Below, one piece after another: positions 15,749-23,780 of a stretch of DNA of 32,000 nucleotides. Where the stretch lies: NCBI GenBank assembly GCA_028279745.1, contig JANQNC010000001.1, forward strand, positions 540,001-572,000, written 5' to 3'. Origin of the DNA: Candidatus Nanoarchaeia archaeon. GTDB lineage: Archaea; Nanobdellota; Nanobdellia; Woesearchaeales; JANQNC01. The notes below the pieces were generated by a model. That model was not told where the DNA came from. It saw nothing but the letters and a program-made list of their open reading frames with translations, and searched no databases. The stretch's first letter is position 1; the number at the start of each line of letters is the position of its first letter. The position numbers and the translations under genes are program-made.

Positions 15749-17536
15749 ATGAAAAAAGAGGCAGACTACTTACTAGAATCATCCTGGGAAGTATGCAACA
15801 AAGTAGGTGGAATATACACAGTATTATATTCAAAAGCCGAAAAGACAAAAGCAGTATACGGAGAAAAATATTTCTTAATAGGACCCTATCTGCCAGGCAA
15901 AAAAGTTCCCGAATTTGAAGAAAAATCCCCTCCACCAGACATACAAAAAACATTCTTAGAACTAGAAAAACAAAATATAACCTGTTATTTTGGGACGTGG
16001 GCAATAAAAGGAGAACCAAACGCAATACTAATAGACTTCTCAAGAATAACCGACCAGATAGACTCTGTCAAAACAACACTTTGGGAAAAATACAGAGTAG
16101 ACTCACTAAATTCAGGTTGGGAATTCAACGAACCAATCATATTCAGCTGGGCAATAGGAAAATTCATAGAAGAATTCTCAAAAAACTGTTACGGAAAAAT
16201 AATTTCTCAATTTCACGAATGGATGACAGGCGCAGGACTGTTATACCTAAAAGACACAAACCCTTCAGTCGGGACTGTGTTTACAACACACGCAACAATG
16301 CTTGGAAGATCAATAAGCGGAAGCGGAAGAAAACTATTCGGAGAGATGGAAAACATCAATCCGGAGGAAGAAGCATACAAGATAGGGGTTCATTCAAAAT
16401 TCCAGATGGAAAGAGCATGCGCAAAAGAAGCAGACATATTCACAACAGTATCAGACACAACATCGATGGAAGCAGAAATAATACTTGGAAGAAAACCAGA
16501 CATAATAACATACAATGGGTTGGATATGGATGAATACCCCAACTTTGAAGACAGAGCAGTCAAGCACAAAATGGCAAAAGAAAGAATAAAAGACATGATT
16601 GCAGCATACTTCTTCCCATACCAAAACTTCGACTTAGATGAAACCTTTATCTACTACACATTCGGAAGATATGAATTCCACAACAAAGGCATAGATACAA
16701 CAATAAGAGCACTTTCCAAAGTAAATCAAGCACTGAAACAAAAAAAATCAAACAAAACAGTGGTAATGTTCTTCTGGATACCTGCCGGAACAGCAAAAAC
16801 AAAAACAGAGATATTGGAGAATAAAGCGTTCTATGATGATATGAAAACCGCAATAAACAGACACTCAATGGACATAAAAAGAAAAATACTGAATGCAATA
16901 ATAAACAAGAAAGCAATATCAAAAATAAAACTGATTGATAAAGAATTTGAAAGGGAGGTAAGAAGGGATGTGATGAACTTCACAAAAGAAGGACAACCCC
17001 CGATATGCACACACGAACTCTACGGCGAAAATCAAGACGCAATAGTCGGAACTTGCAGAGCAGCAGGATTAAATAATCTGCCAGAAGACCGAGTTAAAGT
17101 AATATTCCACCCAGCATATCTAACTGGAACGGATGGCTTGTTAGATCTAACTTATTACGAGGCGATGGTAGGCGGACAAGTAGGAATATACCCAAGCTAC
17201 TACGAACCTTGGGGATACACACCTTTAGAGACTGCAGCGTTTGGCGTCAGTGCCATAACAACTGATTTAGCAGGGTATGGAAGATGGCTGATGAACAAAA
17301 CAGACCAAACAAAAAAATGCGGCGTACAAGTCCTAAAAAGATATGAAAAAACTGATGAGGAATCAGAAGAAGAGCTCGCAAAAATACTGCTAGATTATGT
17401 GTTAATGACAAAAAAACAAAGAATGAACCTTAAACTAGACGCAAAAAGGATTGCAGACATGTCAGACTGGAAAACCTTGGTAGAACATTACATAGAAGCA
17501 CATAATGGAGCAATGAAAAAAGCAGAACAAAGATGA
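15749..17536 (+). CDS. Glycogen synthase, GT3 family (animal/fungal type)
   Basis: It is colinear with my memory of human GYS1 over nearly the full length: WEVCNKVGGIYTV, FHEWMTGAG, VFTTHATMLGR, GRKPDI, FGRYEFHNKG, PPICTH, DRVKVIFHPAYL, YPSYYEPWGYTP. Confidence 0.93.
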   Translation: MKKEADYLLESSWEVCNKVGGIYTVLYSKAEKTKAVYGEKYFLIGPYLPGKKVPEFEEKSPPPDIQKTFLELEKQNITCYFGTWAIKGEPNAILIDFSRITDQIDSVKTTLWEKYRVDSLNSGWEFNEPIIFSWAIGKFIEEFSKNCYGKIISQFHEWMTGAGLLYLKDTNPSVGTVFTTHATMLGRSISGSGRKLFGEMENINPEEEAYKIGVHSKFQMERACAKEADIFTTVSDTTSMEAEIILGRKPDIITYNGLDMDEYPNFEDRAVKHKMAKERIKDMIAAYFFPYQNFDLDETFIYYTFGRYEFHNKGIDTTIRALSKVNQALKQKKSNKTVVMFFWIPAGTAKTKTEILENKAFYDDMKTAINRHSMDIKRKILNAIINKKAISKIKLIDKEFEREVRRDVMNFTKEGQPPICTHELYGENQDAIVGTCRAAGLNNLPEDRVKVIFHPAYLTGTDGLLDLTYYEAMVGGQVGIYPSYYEPWGYTPLETAAFGVSAITTDLAGYGRWLMNKTDQTKKCGVQVLKRYEKTDEESEEELAKILLDYVLMTKKQRMNLKLDAKRIADMSDWKTLVEHYIEAHNGAMKKAEQR

Positions 17537-19467
17537 ACCCGATAGAACAAAAAGACATCATAGGCAATGAAATTCTAAAAAGACACGTTGACAACCAAAT
17601 AAGCTTCTTACTTTCAAACGAGATAGGAGGATATTTCTCAATCCCAGTTGCAGGAGAAAACATAAGCAAATACCAAGGAGTCACAACTTGCCACTTTCAC
17701 AACGGAGGGTGGGATCTGTTTAAAGTCATAGAAAACATAAAGCACAATAAACCCGTAACAAAAGTAAACAATGAACTATTCCAGCTAACAAGACTGGGAG
17801 AAGGATTCAAAGAAACATTCTTCATGCCTTACTATTATAACGCAGTTGTGTATGAAACTGAAGGCTTGGACGAAGTAGATGTTATTCTGGATATGCGGCA
17901 CATACATGACTTCAGCACAGAAGGAAGACTGTATAATATTTATGAAGAAGATGGAAAAATAATTGTAGAATACAAAAAAGAAGGACAAGAAGACAAAAAC
18001 AGAATATTCGAAGAATACTTTGTATACTTAGTGATTGACTCTGACAGTATTGACTATAAAAAGATAGAAAAGTGGGAAGAAACAAAATATTCCTATGATG
18101 AGTACAGAAAAAGCCACCCTTCAACATGGCATGTGTTTAACGCACTTAAACTAAAACCAAAACAAAACTCGCCAATCGTATTTTCTTACTCAAGAGATAA
18201 AGAAAAAGCAGTAAGTCTTGCTAGCTACATAAGAAGAAATCTGGAGATACTAAAAAACTCACAGAAAAAATATGTTGAAGAAGCAACAAGCACAAACCTA
18301 AAGATAGACAATCCTGAAGTAATGATAGCATACAAATGCGCACTAAAGTCAATAGATGAACTAAGTGTGACAATAAATGGCAAACACGGAATCTATGCAG
18401 GGTTGTGGTGGTTCTTTCAGTGGTGGTTAAGAGATGAAGCACAATCAATCAAAGCATTAATGATACAAAAAAAGTATCTAGAAGTAAAAGAAATCCTGTT
18501 TAGAGAAATCGAGATAATATTGCTTGATGGAAGAGTGCCAAACAGGTATCCCTATTCTGAGTTGGGGTCTGCAGATGGAGTTGGATGGGTATTCAAAAGA
18601 ATACACGACTTTTTAGACATTTTAGAAAAAGAAGAATCAAGAGACAGATATATCAACATAACAGACTTATTAGAGATACAACAAAAACTAGAGCTAACAA
18701 TCACAAAAGTAAGAAAACACTACATGAATGAAAAAGGACTGATGTTCAATAATGCAAAAGAGACTTGGATGGACACCACACTGAGTGACGGAAGCGATAC
18801 AAGAGAAGGGATGAGAATAGAGATACAAGCACTACTGCTATCACTATATGGGCTAATGATCCATTTATCAGAAATGTTAGGAAATGAGAAACAGTTAGAA
18901 AAGTACAAAGGGTACAAAGAAGACTTCTTGAAAACTGTAAGAGAGGATTTCTGGAACGGCTCATATCTAATTGATGGCATAGAGTTTGACGGAAGCAAAG
19001 ACGAAACGATAAGACCAAACCCATTCATCGCAGCATATCTGCACCAAGATATACTCTCAGATGAAGAATGGGAAAAATGTTTTGAGACAATACTTCCCAA
19101 ATTATGGTGTGACTGGGGTGAATATGGTGGGGGGCTGGCAACAATAGACAAATCCTCGCCACTATTCCACGAATGTTACTCAGGAGAAAAACCTGATAGT
19201 TATCATAGGGGTGACAGCTGGTATTTTCTAAACAATCTAGCAGCAATAATGATGCATAGGATAAATCCTAAAAAGTTTAAGATCTACATAGACGCAATAT
19301 TAAAATCATCAACATACGCAAGTCTTTATTCAGGAGTCATAGGACAAATGTCTGAATTAAGCTCAGCAAAAAGATTTGAAAGTAATGGAAATTTAGCACA
19401 AGCATGGAGCGCGGCGTTCTACATCGAGCTGATAAACGAGCTCTATGGCGAGGAGGGAGCAAAATGA
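17533..19467 (+). CDS. Amylo-alpha-1,6-glucosidase / glycogen debranching enzyme family (GDE_C type)
   Basis: GLWWFFQWWLRDEAQSI, IRPNPFIAA, GGLATID...YSGE, YHRGDSWYFLNN and AQAWSAA. There is an ATGA overlap with the GT3 gene. Confidence 0.85.
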   Translation: MNPIEQKDIIGNEILKRHVDNQISFLLSNEIGGYFSIPVAGENISKYQGVTTCHFHNGGWDLFKVIENIKHNKPVTKVNNELFQLTRLGEGFKETFFMPYYYNAVVYETEGLDEVDVILDMRHIHDFSTEGRLYNIYEEDGKIIVEYKKEGQEDKNRIFEEYFVYLVIDSDSIDYKKIEKWEETKYSYDEYRKSHPSTWHVFNALKLKPKQNSPIVFSYSRDKEKAVSLASYIRRNLEILKNSQKKYVEEATSTNLKIDNPEVMIAYKCALKSIDELSVTINGKHGIYAGLWWFFQWWLRDEAQSIKALMIQKKYLEVKEILFREIEIILLDGRVPNRYPYSELGSADGVGWVFKRIHDFLDILEKEESRDRYINITDLLEIQQKLELTITKVRKHYMNEKGLMFNNAKETWMDTTLSDGSDTREGMRIEIQALLLSLYGLMIHLSEMLGNEKQLEKYKGYKEDFLKTVREDFWNGSYLIDGIEFDGSKDETIRPNPFIAAYLHQDILSDEEWEKCFETILPKLWCDWGEYGGGLATIDKSSPLFHECYSGEKPDSYHRGDSWYFLNNLAAIMMHRINPKKFKIYIDAILKSSTYASLYSGVIGQMSELSSAKRFESNGNLAQAWSAAFYIELINELYGEEGAK

Positions 19468-20285
19468 ACAAGAAAATAACATCTCTATTAATCATATTAT
19501 TAATGATTCCAGCTGCATTAGCAACAGTAACACTAACATCAGACCAACAAGAATATGAACCAGGAGATAGGGTTGAGTTAGTTTTAAATTACACCAACAC
19601 CGGGAAATTCAATGTAACAACCAAATTTATACACCTAGAAGTTCAAAAGTTCGGGATAACTGCAATAGCACAGACAAGAGACCAAAGGAAATCACTGATG
19701 CCTGAACAAATCGAGTCAGGAATACATACATTTTCTTTGCCTGTTTTCTCCCCACCCGGACAGTATGACATAATCGGATACGTAGAGCATGATGATGGAA
19801 GTTTAACAGAAGAGGTTACAATAGAGATAACTGCAAAAGAAAGCATGCTGTTTAAGATAGTAAGATGGGCGTTTATAATATTGTTTATACTGATCTTGTT
19901 AATTATACTGACTAAAATAGTTAGATTTGTTAAAAGAAAATCTAAAGACAAACCTCATCGAAATTCTGAACCCAAAGAAGAACACAAAGGGATGGTCAGA
20001 CAGAAACCCAAAGAAAAAGATGAGATGACAAAGAAAACAGAGACAAGTTTGAGTAAAACTTCAGACGAGAAAATTCAAAAGCAGAAGAAAAAAGAAGAGA
20101 TATCAAAGGCAAAAGAATACTTAGCAAAACCCAAACCTGAAGAAGTAAAAAAAGAAACGCCAAAAGGGATAGAAAAGAAAACAAAAGAGCCAGAAGCTAA
20201 TGTTAATGCTGCCGCAGAATCAGATGACGATATGCCTGCACCTAACGAAGAAGAAAAACAAGGAAAGTATAATAACGAATTATAG
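19464..20285 (+). CDS. Single-pass membrane protein: signal peptide, Ig-like beta-rich ectodomain, TM helix, Lys/Glu-rich tail
   Basis: The start is trimmed to the ATG at 19464, which forms an ATGA overlap with the GDE stop and has GGAGGG 6 nt upstream. Signal peptide MNKKITSLLIILLMIPAALA, TM helix WAFIILFILILLIILTKIV, and a low-complexity charged tail of about 110 aa. Confidence 0.7.
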   Translation: MNKKITSLLIILLMIPAALATVTLTSDQQEYEPGDRVELVLNYTNTGKFNVTTKFIHLEVQKFGITAIAQTRDQRKSLMPEQIESGIHTFSLPVFSPPGQYDIIGYVEHDDGSLTEEVTIEITAKESMLFKIVRWAFIILFILILLIILTKIVRFVKRKSKDKPHRNSEPKEEHKGMVRQKPKEKDEMTKKTETSLSKTSDEKIQKQKKKEEISKAKEYLAKPKPEEVKKETPKGIEKKTKEPEANVNAAAESDDDMPAPNEEEKQGKYNNEL

Positions 20286-21338
20286 ATACTTGTCCAGTTT
20301 TTTCTTCTTAAGCTCATGAACTACTTCTTTTACCTTCTGTGCATCTTTCTTAGGGCAAACAAGCAAAGCATCATCAGTGTCAACAACAATCATATCCTTA
20401 ATGTTGTACAAAGCTACAAGCTTTTTCTTGTCTTTAGAAAGAACCACATTGCCCTTAGAGTTCATAGCCAATGTTTTTCCAAATGCAACATTTCCACTTT
20501 TATCTTTTTTATGAACTTCTTCCATAAGTCTCCAGTCTCCTACATCTTCCCAAGGGAAGTCTCCTTTAACGACAACAGTCTTAACAGAGTTCTCCATAAC
20601 CCCAAAATCAATTGAAACCTTTTTCAGTTTAGAGAAAACTTCATGCTTAACCTTATCACTAAAATTTGATCGCTTTATCTTGATTAGGCCTTTATACAGT
20701 TGAGGCATGTACTTCTTTATCTCTTCCAACATAACAGAAGCTTTGAAAACAAACATGCCAGAATTCCACAGATAGTTGCCTGCTTTAAGGAATTGCTTAG
20801 CTTTGGATAGATTTGGCTTTTCCTTAAACTGTTTCAGTTCTAAAACCTTAATCTTTCCCTTATTGAACTGTTCGCCATGTTTAATATAACCAAAACCTGT
20901 GTTAGGGAAAGTTGGCTTAATACCAATCAAGACAATATGGTCGTTCTTATCAGCTTCATCATAAGCGGCTTTAATGTGTTGTAAATATTTTTTAGGATTC
21001 AAATAAACGTGATCTGCAGTTTCTACAAAAATAACTGCATCTTTGTGTTTCTTCATAACTTCTATGCATGACAAACCAATCGCCGCTGCAGTGTCTCTTC
21101 CGAATGGTTCTAACACATAGCTAACCTTAGGAAGAACTTTCTTGATATGCTTGCTTAAAGTCTTGTTTGTTGAGATAAAAATATTCTTCTGAGGAATCAA
21201 GGGTTTTAATCTGTCTACAGTGTCTTCAATAATCGATTTTTTTGTAACAATCTTAAGGCACTGTTTAGGCATACTTATCCTTGAAAGAGGCCAGAACCTC
21301 TCTCCTTTGCCGCCTGCCATAATAACTGAAACTAACAT
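20280..21338 (-). CDS. manC: Mannose-1-phosphate guanylyltransferase-like sugar nucleotidyltransferase
   Basis: MLVSVIMAGGKGERFWPLSR is the G-x-G-x-R-x-W-PLS signature. There is no C-terminal cupin/PMI domain. The start is set at the ATG at 21338, with AGGTGG 6 nt upstream. Sugar specificity cannot be proven from sequence. Confidence 0.75.
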   Translation of the reverse strand: MLVSVIMAGGKGERFWPLSRISMPKQCLKIVTKKSIIEDTVDRLKPLIPQKNIFISTNKTLSKHIKKVLPKVSYVLEPFGRDTAAAIGLSCIEVMKKHKDAVIFVETADHVYLNPKKYLQHIKAAYDEADKNDHIVLIGIKPTFPNTGFGYIKHGEQFNKGKIKVLELKQFKEKPNLSKAKQFLKAGNYLWNSGMFVFKASVMLEEIKKYMPQLYKGLIKIKRSNFSDKVKHEVFSKLKKVSIDFGVMENSVKTVVVKGDFPWEDVGDWRLMEEVHKKDKSGNVAFGKTLAMNSKGNVVLSKDKKKLVALYNIKDMIVVDTDDALLVCPKKDAQKVKEVVHELKKKKLDKYL

Positions 21339-21339
21339 A

Positions 21340-21693
21340 TTAACCACCTAACCCGATGAACGATACACCGATTATTATCAGAGCAATACCTGCCCATTTC
21401 CAAATGTTCATCTTTTCTTTTAAGAATCTGATAGATAAAAGCTCAACCCAGACATAGGTTAAAGCAATGAAAGGGTAAACTATTGATAGCTGGCTTCCCT
21501 TAAGCGAAAGAGCCCAGATAAAGAACACTGTTGAAGCACCATAAAAGAATACTGCAGTGTAAAGACGCCAGTTAGTGATTATTGCTTTTAGTTTAAATGA
21601 AAGTTTATCTGCTCCAAACTTGAAGAATAAAGCTCCTACTGCACCTAACAAAGATGCGATTAAAGTCAATCCTAATGCTGCAATTGAAGTCAT
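21340..21693 (-). CDS. Small 4-TM EamA/SMR-like (DMT superfamily) membrane protein, subunit B
   Basis: Four hydrophobic helices. It is a paralog of the upstream gene (LSIVYPFIALTYVWV / NIWKWAGIALIIIGVSFIG versus LSVLYPIIATSYVWV / NFWKWIGVFSILLGVSLIG). There is an ATGA overlap with the upstream gene. Confidence 0.6.
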   Translation of the reverse strand: MTSIAALGLTLIASLLGAVGALFFKFGADKLSFKLKAIITNWRLYTAVFFYGASTVFFIWALSLKGSQLSIVYPFIALTYVWVELLSIRFLKEKMNIWKWAGIALIIIGVSFIGLGG

Positions 21694-22034
21694 TTAGAAT
21701 CACCTCTACCGATCAAACTAACACCTAACAAGATTGAAAACACCCCAATCCATTTCCAAAAGTTTAAGGGTTCCTGGAATAGGAAAAAAGCTGCAACCGT
21801 AACCCAAACATAACTTGTTGCAATAATTGGGTATAACACAGATAAGTCTCCCCCTTTTAACGCGATAACTAAAAGAACCGCACCAACACCATAAAGTGCA
21901 AGACCAAGAGCAATCCATAAAACTTTATAGTAAAATAGTTCCTGACTAACACCCGTCTTATAGATTATCTGGGCAGAGCTAGTCACAAGGGTACAAAAAA
22001 CCATCAAGATAACAGCCCATAACTTAGTTGCCAT
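21690..22034 (-). CDS. Small 4-TM EamA/SMR-like (DMT superfamily) membrane protein, subunit A
   Basis: See the paralog above. The tandem half-size arrangement recalls the ArnE/ArnF-type heterodimeric flippases. Confidence 0.6.
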   Translation of the reverse strand: MATKLWAVILMVFCTLVTSSAQIIYKTGVSQELFYYKVLWIALGLALYGVGAVLLVIALKGGDLSVLYPIIATSYVWVTVAAFFLFQEPLNFWKWIGVFSILLGVSLIGRGDSK

Positions 22035-22043
22035 AAAAGAATC

Positions 22044-22640
22044 CTAAGTTTTTTTGTTTATAAGAGTTTCTAATTTCATAAGCAAAGGATAGACGATAAT
22101 AGCAAGAACTGCACCTAAAGTATTGCTGATCATATCCCAACTAGAATTATTCCACTCACCAAAGTCGCCAGTGCCGTAGAAAAGTAAACCTTCACCCTCA
22201 CCTAAAAAAGAATAACCAACAAATTCCATAATCTCCATCATAGAACCTAAACCAGTTGCAACAAGAATAGCAAGAAGCGCTGTTGCAAGAAAATTAGTTC
22301 TAATCCTTGAGGTTGTGAAATAGTGAAAGAAAATAAGCGATAAAGCAACACCTGCTGTGAAATGCATAATCCTATCAAAAGGAATGCCTGCATAGAAGTT
22401 TCCGTAGAGTTTAAGATGGTGCATGAGTAATGTTAGTAAACTGAATATCACAATCGGAGCATTTAATCTCATCTTGTCATAAAGAAGGAATGCTGCCAGG
22501 ATAGCTGCTGCTGTAAAGAACCTGTCAAATATGAACTCAACATCCCAGAAAACAATTGTGATTGAACCCCAAACAAGAAAAGCTATGAAAGTTAAGAAAA
22601 GAATGTACTTAATTGCCTGATGTTTATCCCTCTTTTTCAT
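22044..22640 (-). CDS. Polytopic membrane protein (about 6 TM), family uncertain (possibly YjdF/DUF2238-like)
   Basis: Six hydrophobic segments, plus MEIMEFVGY and WDMISNTLGAVLA blocks. It is the first gene of the minus-strand operon 22640-20280. Confidence 0.4.
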   Translation of the reverse strand: MKKRDKHQAIKYILFLTFIAFLVWGSITIVFWDVEFIFDRFFTAAAILAAFLLYDKMRLNAPIVIFSLLTLLMHHLKLYGNFYAGIPFDRIMHFTAGVALSLIFFHYFTTSRIRTNFLATALLAILVATGLGSMMEIMEFVGYSFLGEGEGLLFYGTGDFGEWNNSSWDMISNTLGAVLAIIVYPLLMKLETLINKKT

Positions 22641-22718
22641 AGTATATTACTTAGAATTTTAGTTTATAATAGTTTCTATGGGAAAAGTTAATAAACAGAA
22701 GAATTAGTTGGTTAGTAA

Positions 22719-23780
22719 ATGAACAAACAGATAAAGAGTTTAGTTGAAGCAAGCAAAAAAGTCCTTAAGGACTGTGCATTGCCAAACGGAGCGTTAGTTG
22801 CAGCAAATTCTACTAAAAAATATTTTCCAAAAGGAGCAAAAAATTACAAGTATGTGTGGCCAAGAGACGGAGCATACAACTGTATGGCAGCAAACATCTT
22901 AGGTGTTAAAGTTCAAGAGAAATTCTTCAAATGGTTAATTAAAGCAGAAGGATGGAAAAAAACTGGTTTGTTTTATGAAAAGTATTACGTTAATGGGAAA
23001 AAAGCATTACATCATCTTCAACCAGACCAAACAGGAAGCGTACTAATGGCAGTACACGATTATTACAAAGACAAAAAGATGCCTCCTGAAATTATGAAAT
23101 TAGTTTCACACTCAGCAGAAGGACTATGTAAAATATGGCAGAAAGATCATTTTACAGTTGTCACTCAAGACTTATGGGAAGAAAGACTATGTTTCCCGGA
23201 CTATAAAGAAAACTTCACATATTCGCTTGCGTCATGCAGCAAAGGGCTAATGTTAGCAAATGAGATGATACCCAACAAAAAATGGCTAAAAAAAGCATGT
23301 GAGATGAAAGAAACTGCGCTTAAAGCAAAAAGTTATTTCTTTAGAGCAAATGGAAGTGTTCCTGACAAAAGGGTTGATGCATCTTTGATTGGGTTAACGT
23401 GGCCATTTGAGATTGTTGATGCAAAAGAAAAAAGAATGGTTGCAACTATCAAAAATATTGAAGGAAAACTGGGTGGAATGAAAGGAATACATCGATATGA
23501 AAATGATGAGTATGATGGTTGGATGTACAAAAGATACGAACACAGAAAAAAGGGTGCAGGGTATTGGCCTTTGTTAACTTTCTGGATGTCAATATACTAT
23601 GTCGAGAAAGGCAATAAGAAAAAAGCACTTGCTTATTACAATAAAGTTCTAAAAGATTTGAAATCAGACCATATACCAGAACAAATATTCAACAACAAAA
23701 TACAAATTTCAGTTTCTCCACTGGCTTGGTCACACTCAATGTTTGTAATAGCTTCTAAAAAATTAGGATATCTAAAATAA
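22719..23780 (+). CDS. GH15 glucoamylase-family protein, catalytic (alpha/alpha)6 domain only
   Basis: YKYVWPRDGAY, QDLWEERL (general acid region), GYWPLLTFWMSIYY, IPEQI and PLAWSHSMF. Confidence 0.85.
   Translation: MNKQIKSLVEASKKVLKDCALPNGALVAANSTKKYFPKGAKNYKYVWPRDGAYNCMAANILGVKVQEKFFKWLIKAEGWKKTGLFYEKYYVNGKKALHHLQPDQTGSVLMAVHDYYKDKKMPPEIMKLVSHSAEGLCKIWQKDHFTVVTQDLWEERLCFPDYKENFTYSLASCSKGLMLANEMIPNKKWLKKACEMKETALKAKSYFFRANGSVPDKRVDASLIGLTWPFEIVDAKEKRMVATIKNIEGKLGGMKGIHRYENDEYDGWMYKRYEHRKKGAGYWPLLTFWMSIYYVEKGNKKKALAYYNKVLKDLKSDHIPEQIFNNKIQISVSPLAWSHSMFVIASKKLGYLK

Noticed and set aside
15997-16533. A 178-aa alternative-frame ORF inside the GT3 synthase gene, extremely Arg/Lys/Asn-rich.
   Set aside because: It lies wholly within a gene whose main frame matches glycogen synthase end to end. 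The basic composition is what an off-frame reading of A-rich coding DNA produces, and it has no promoter or SD.
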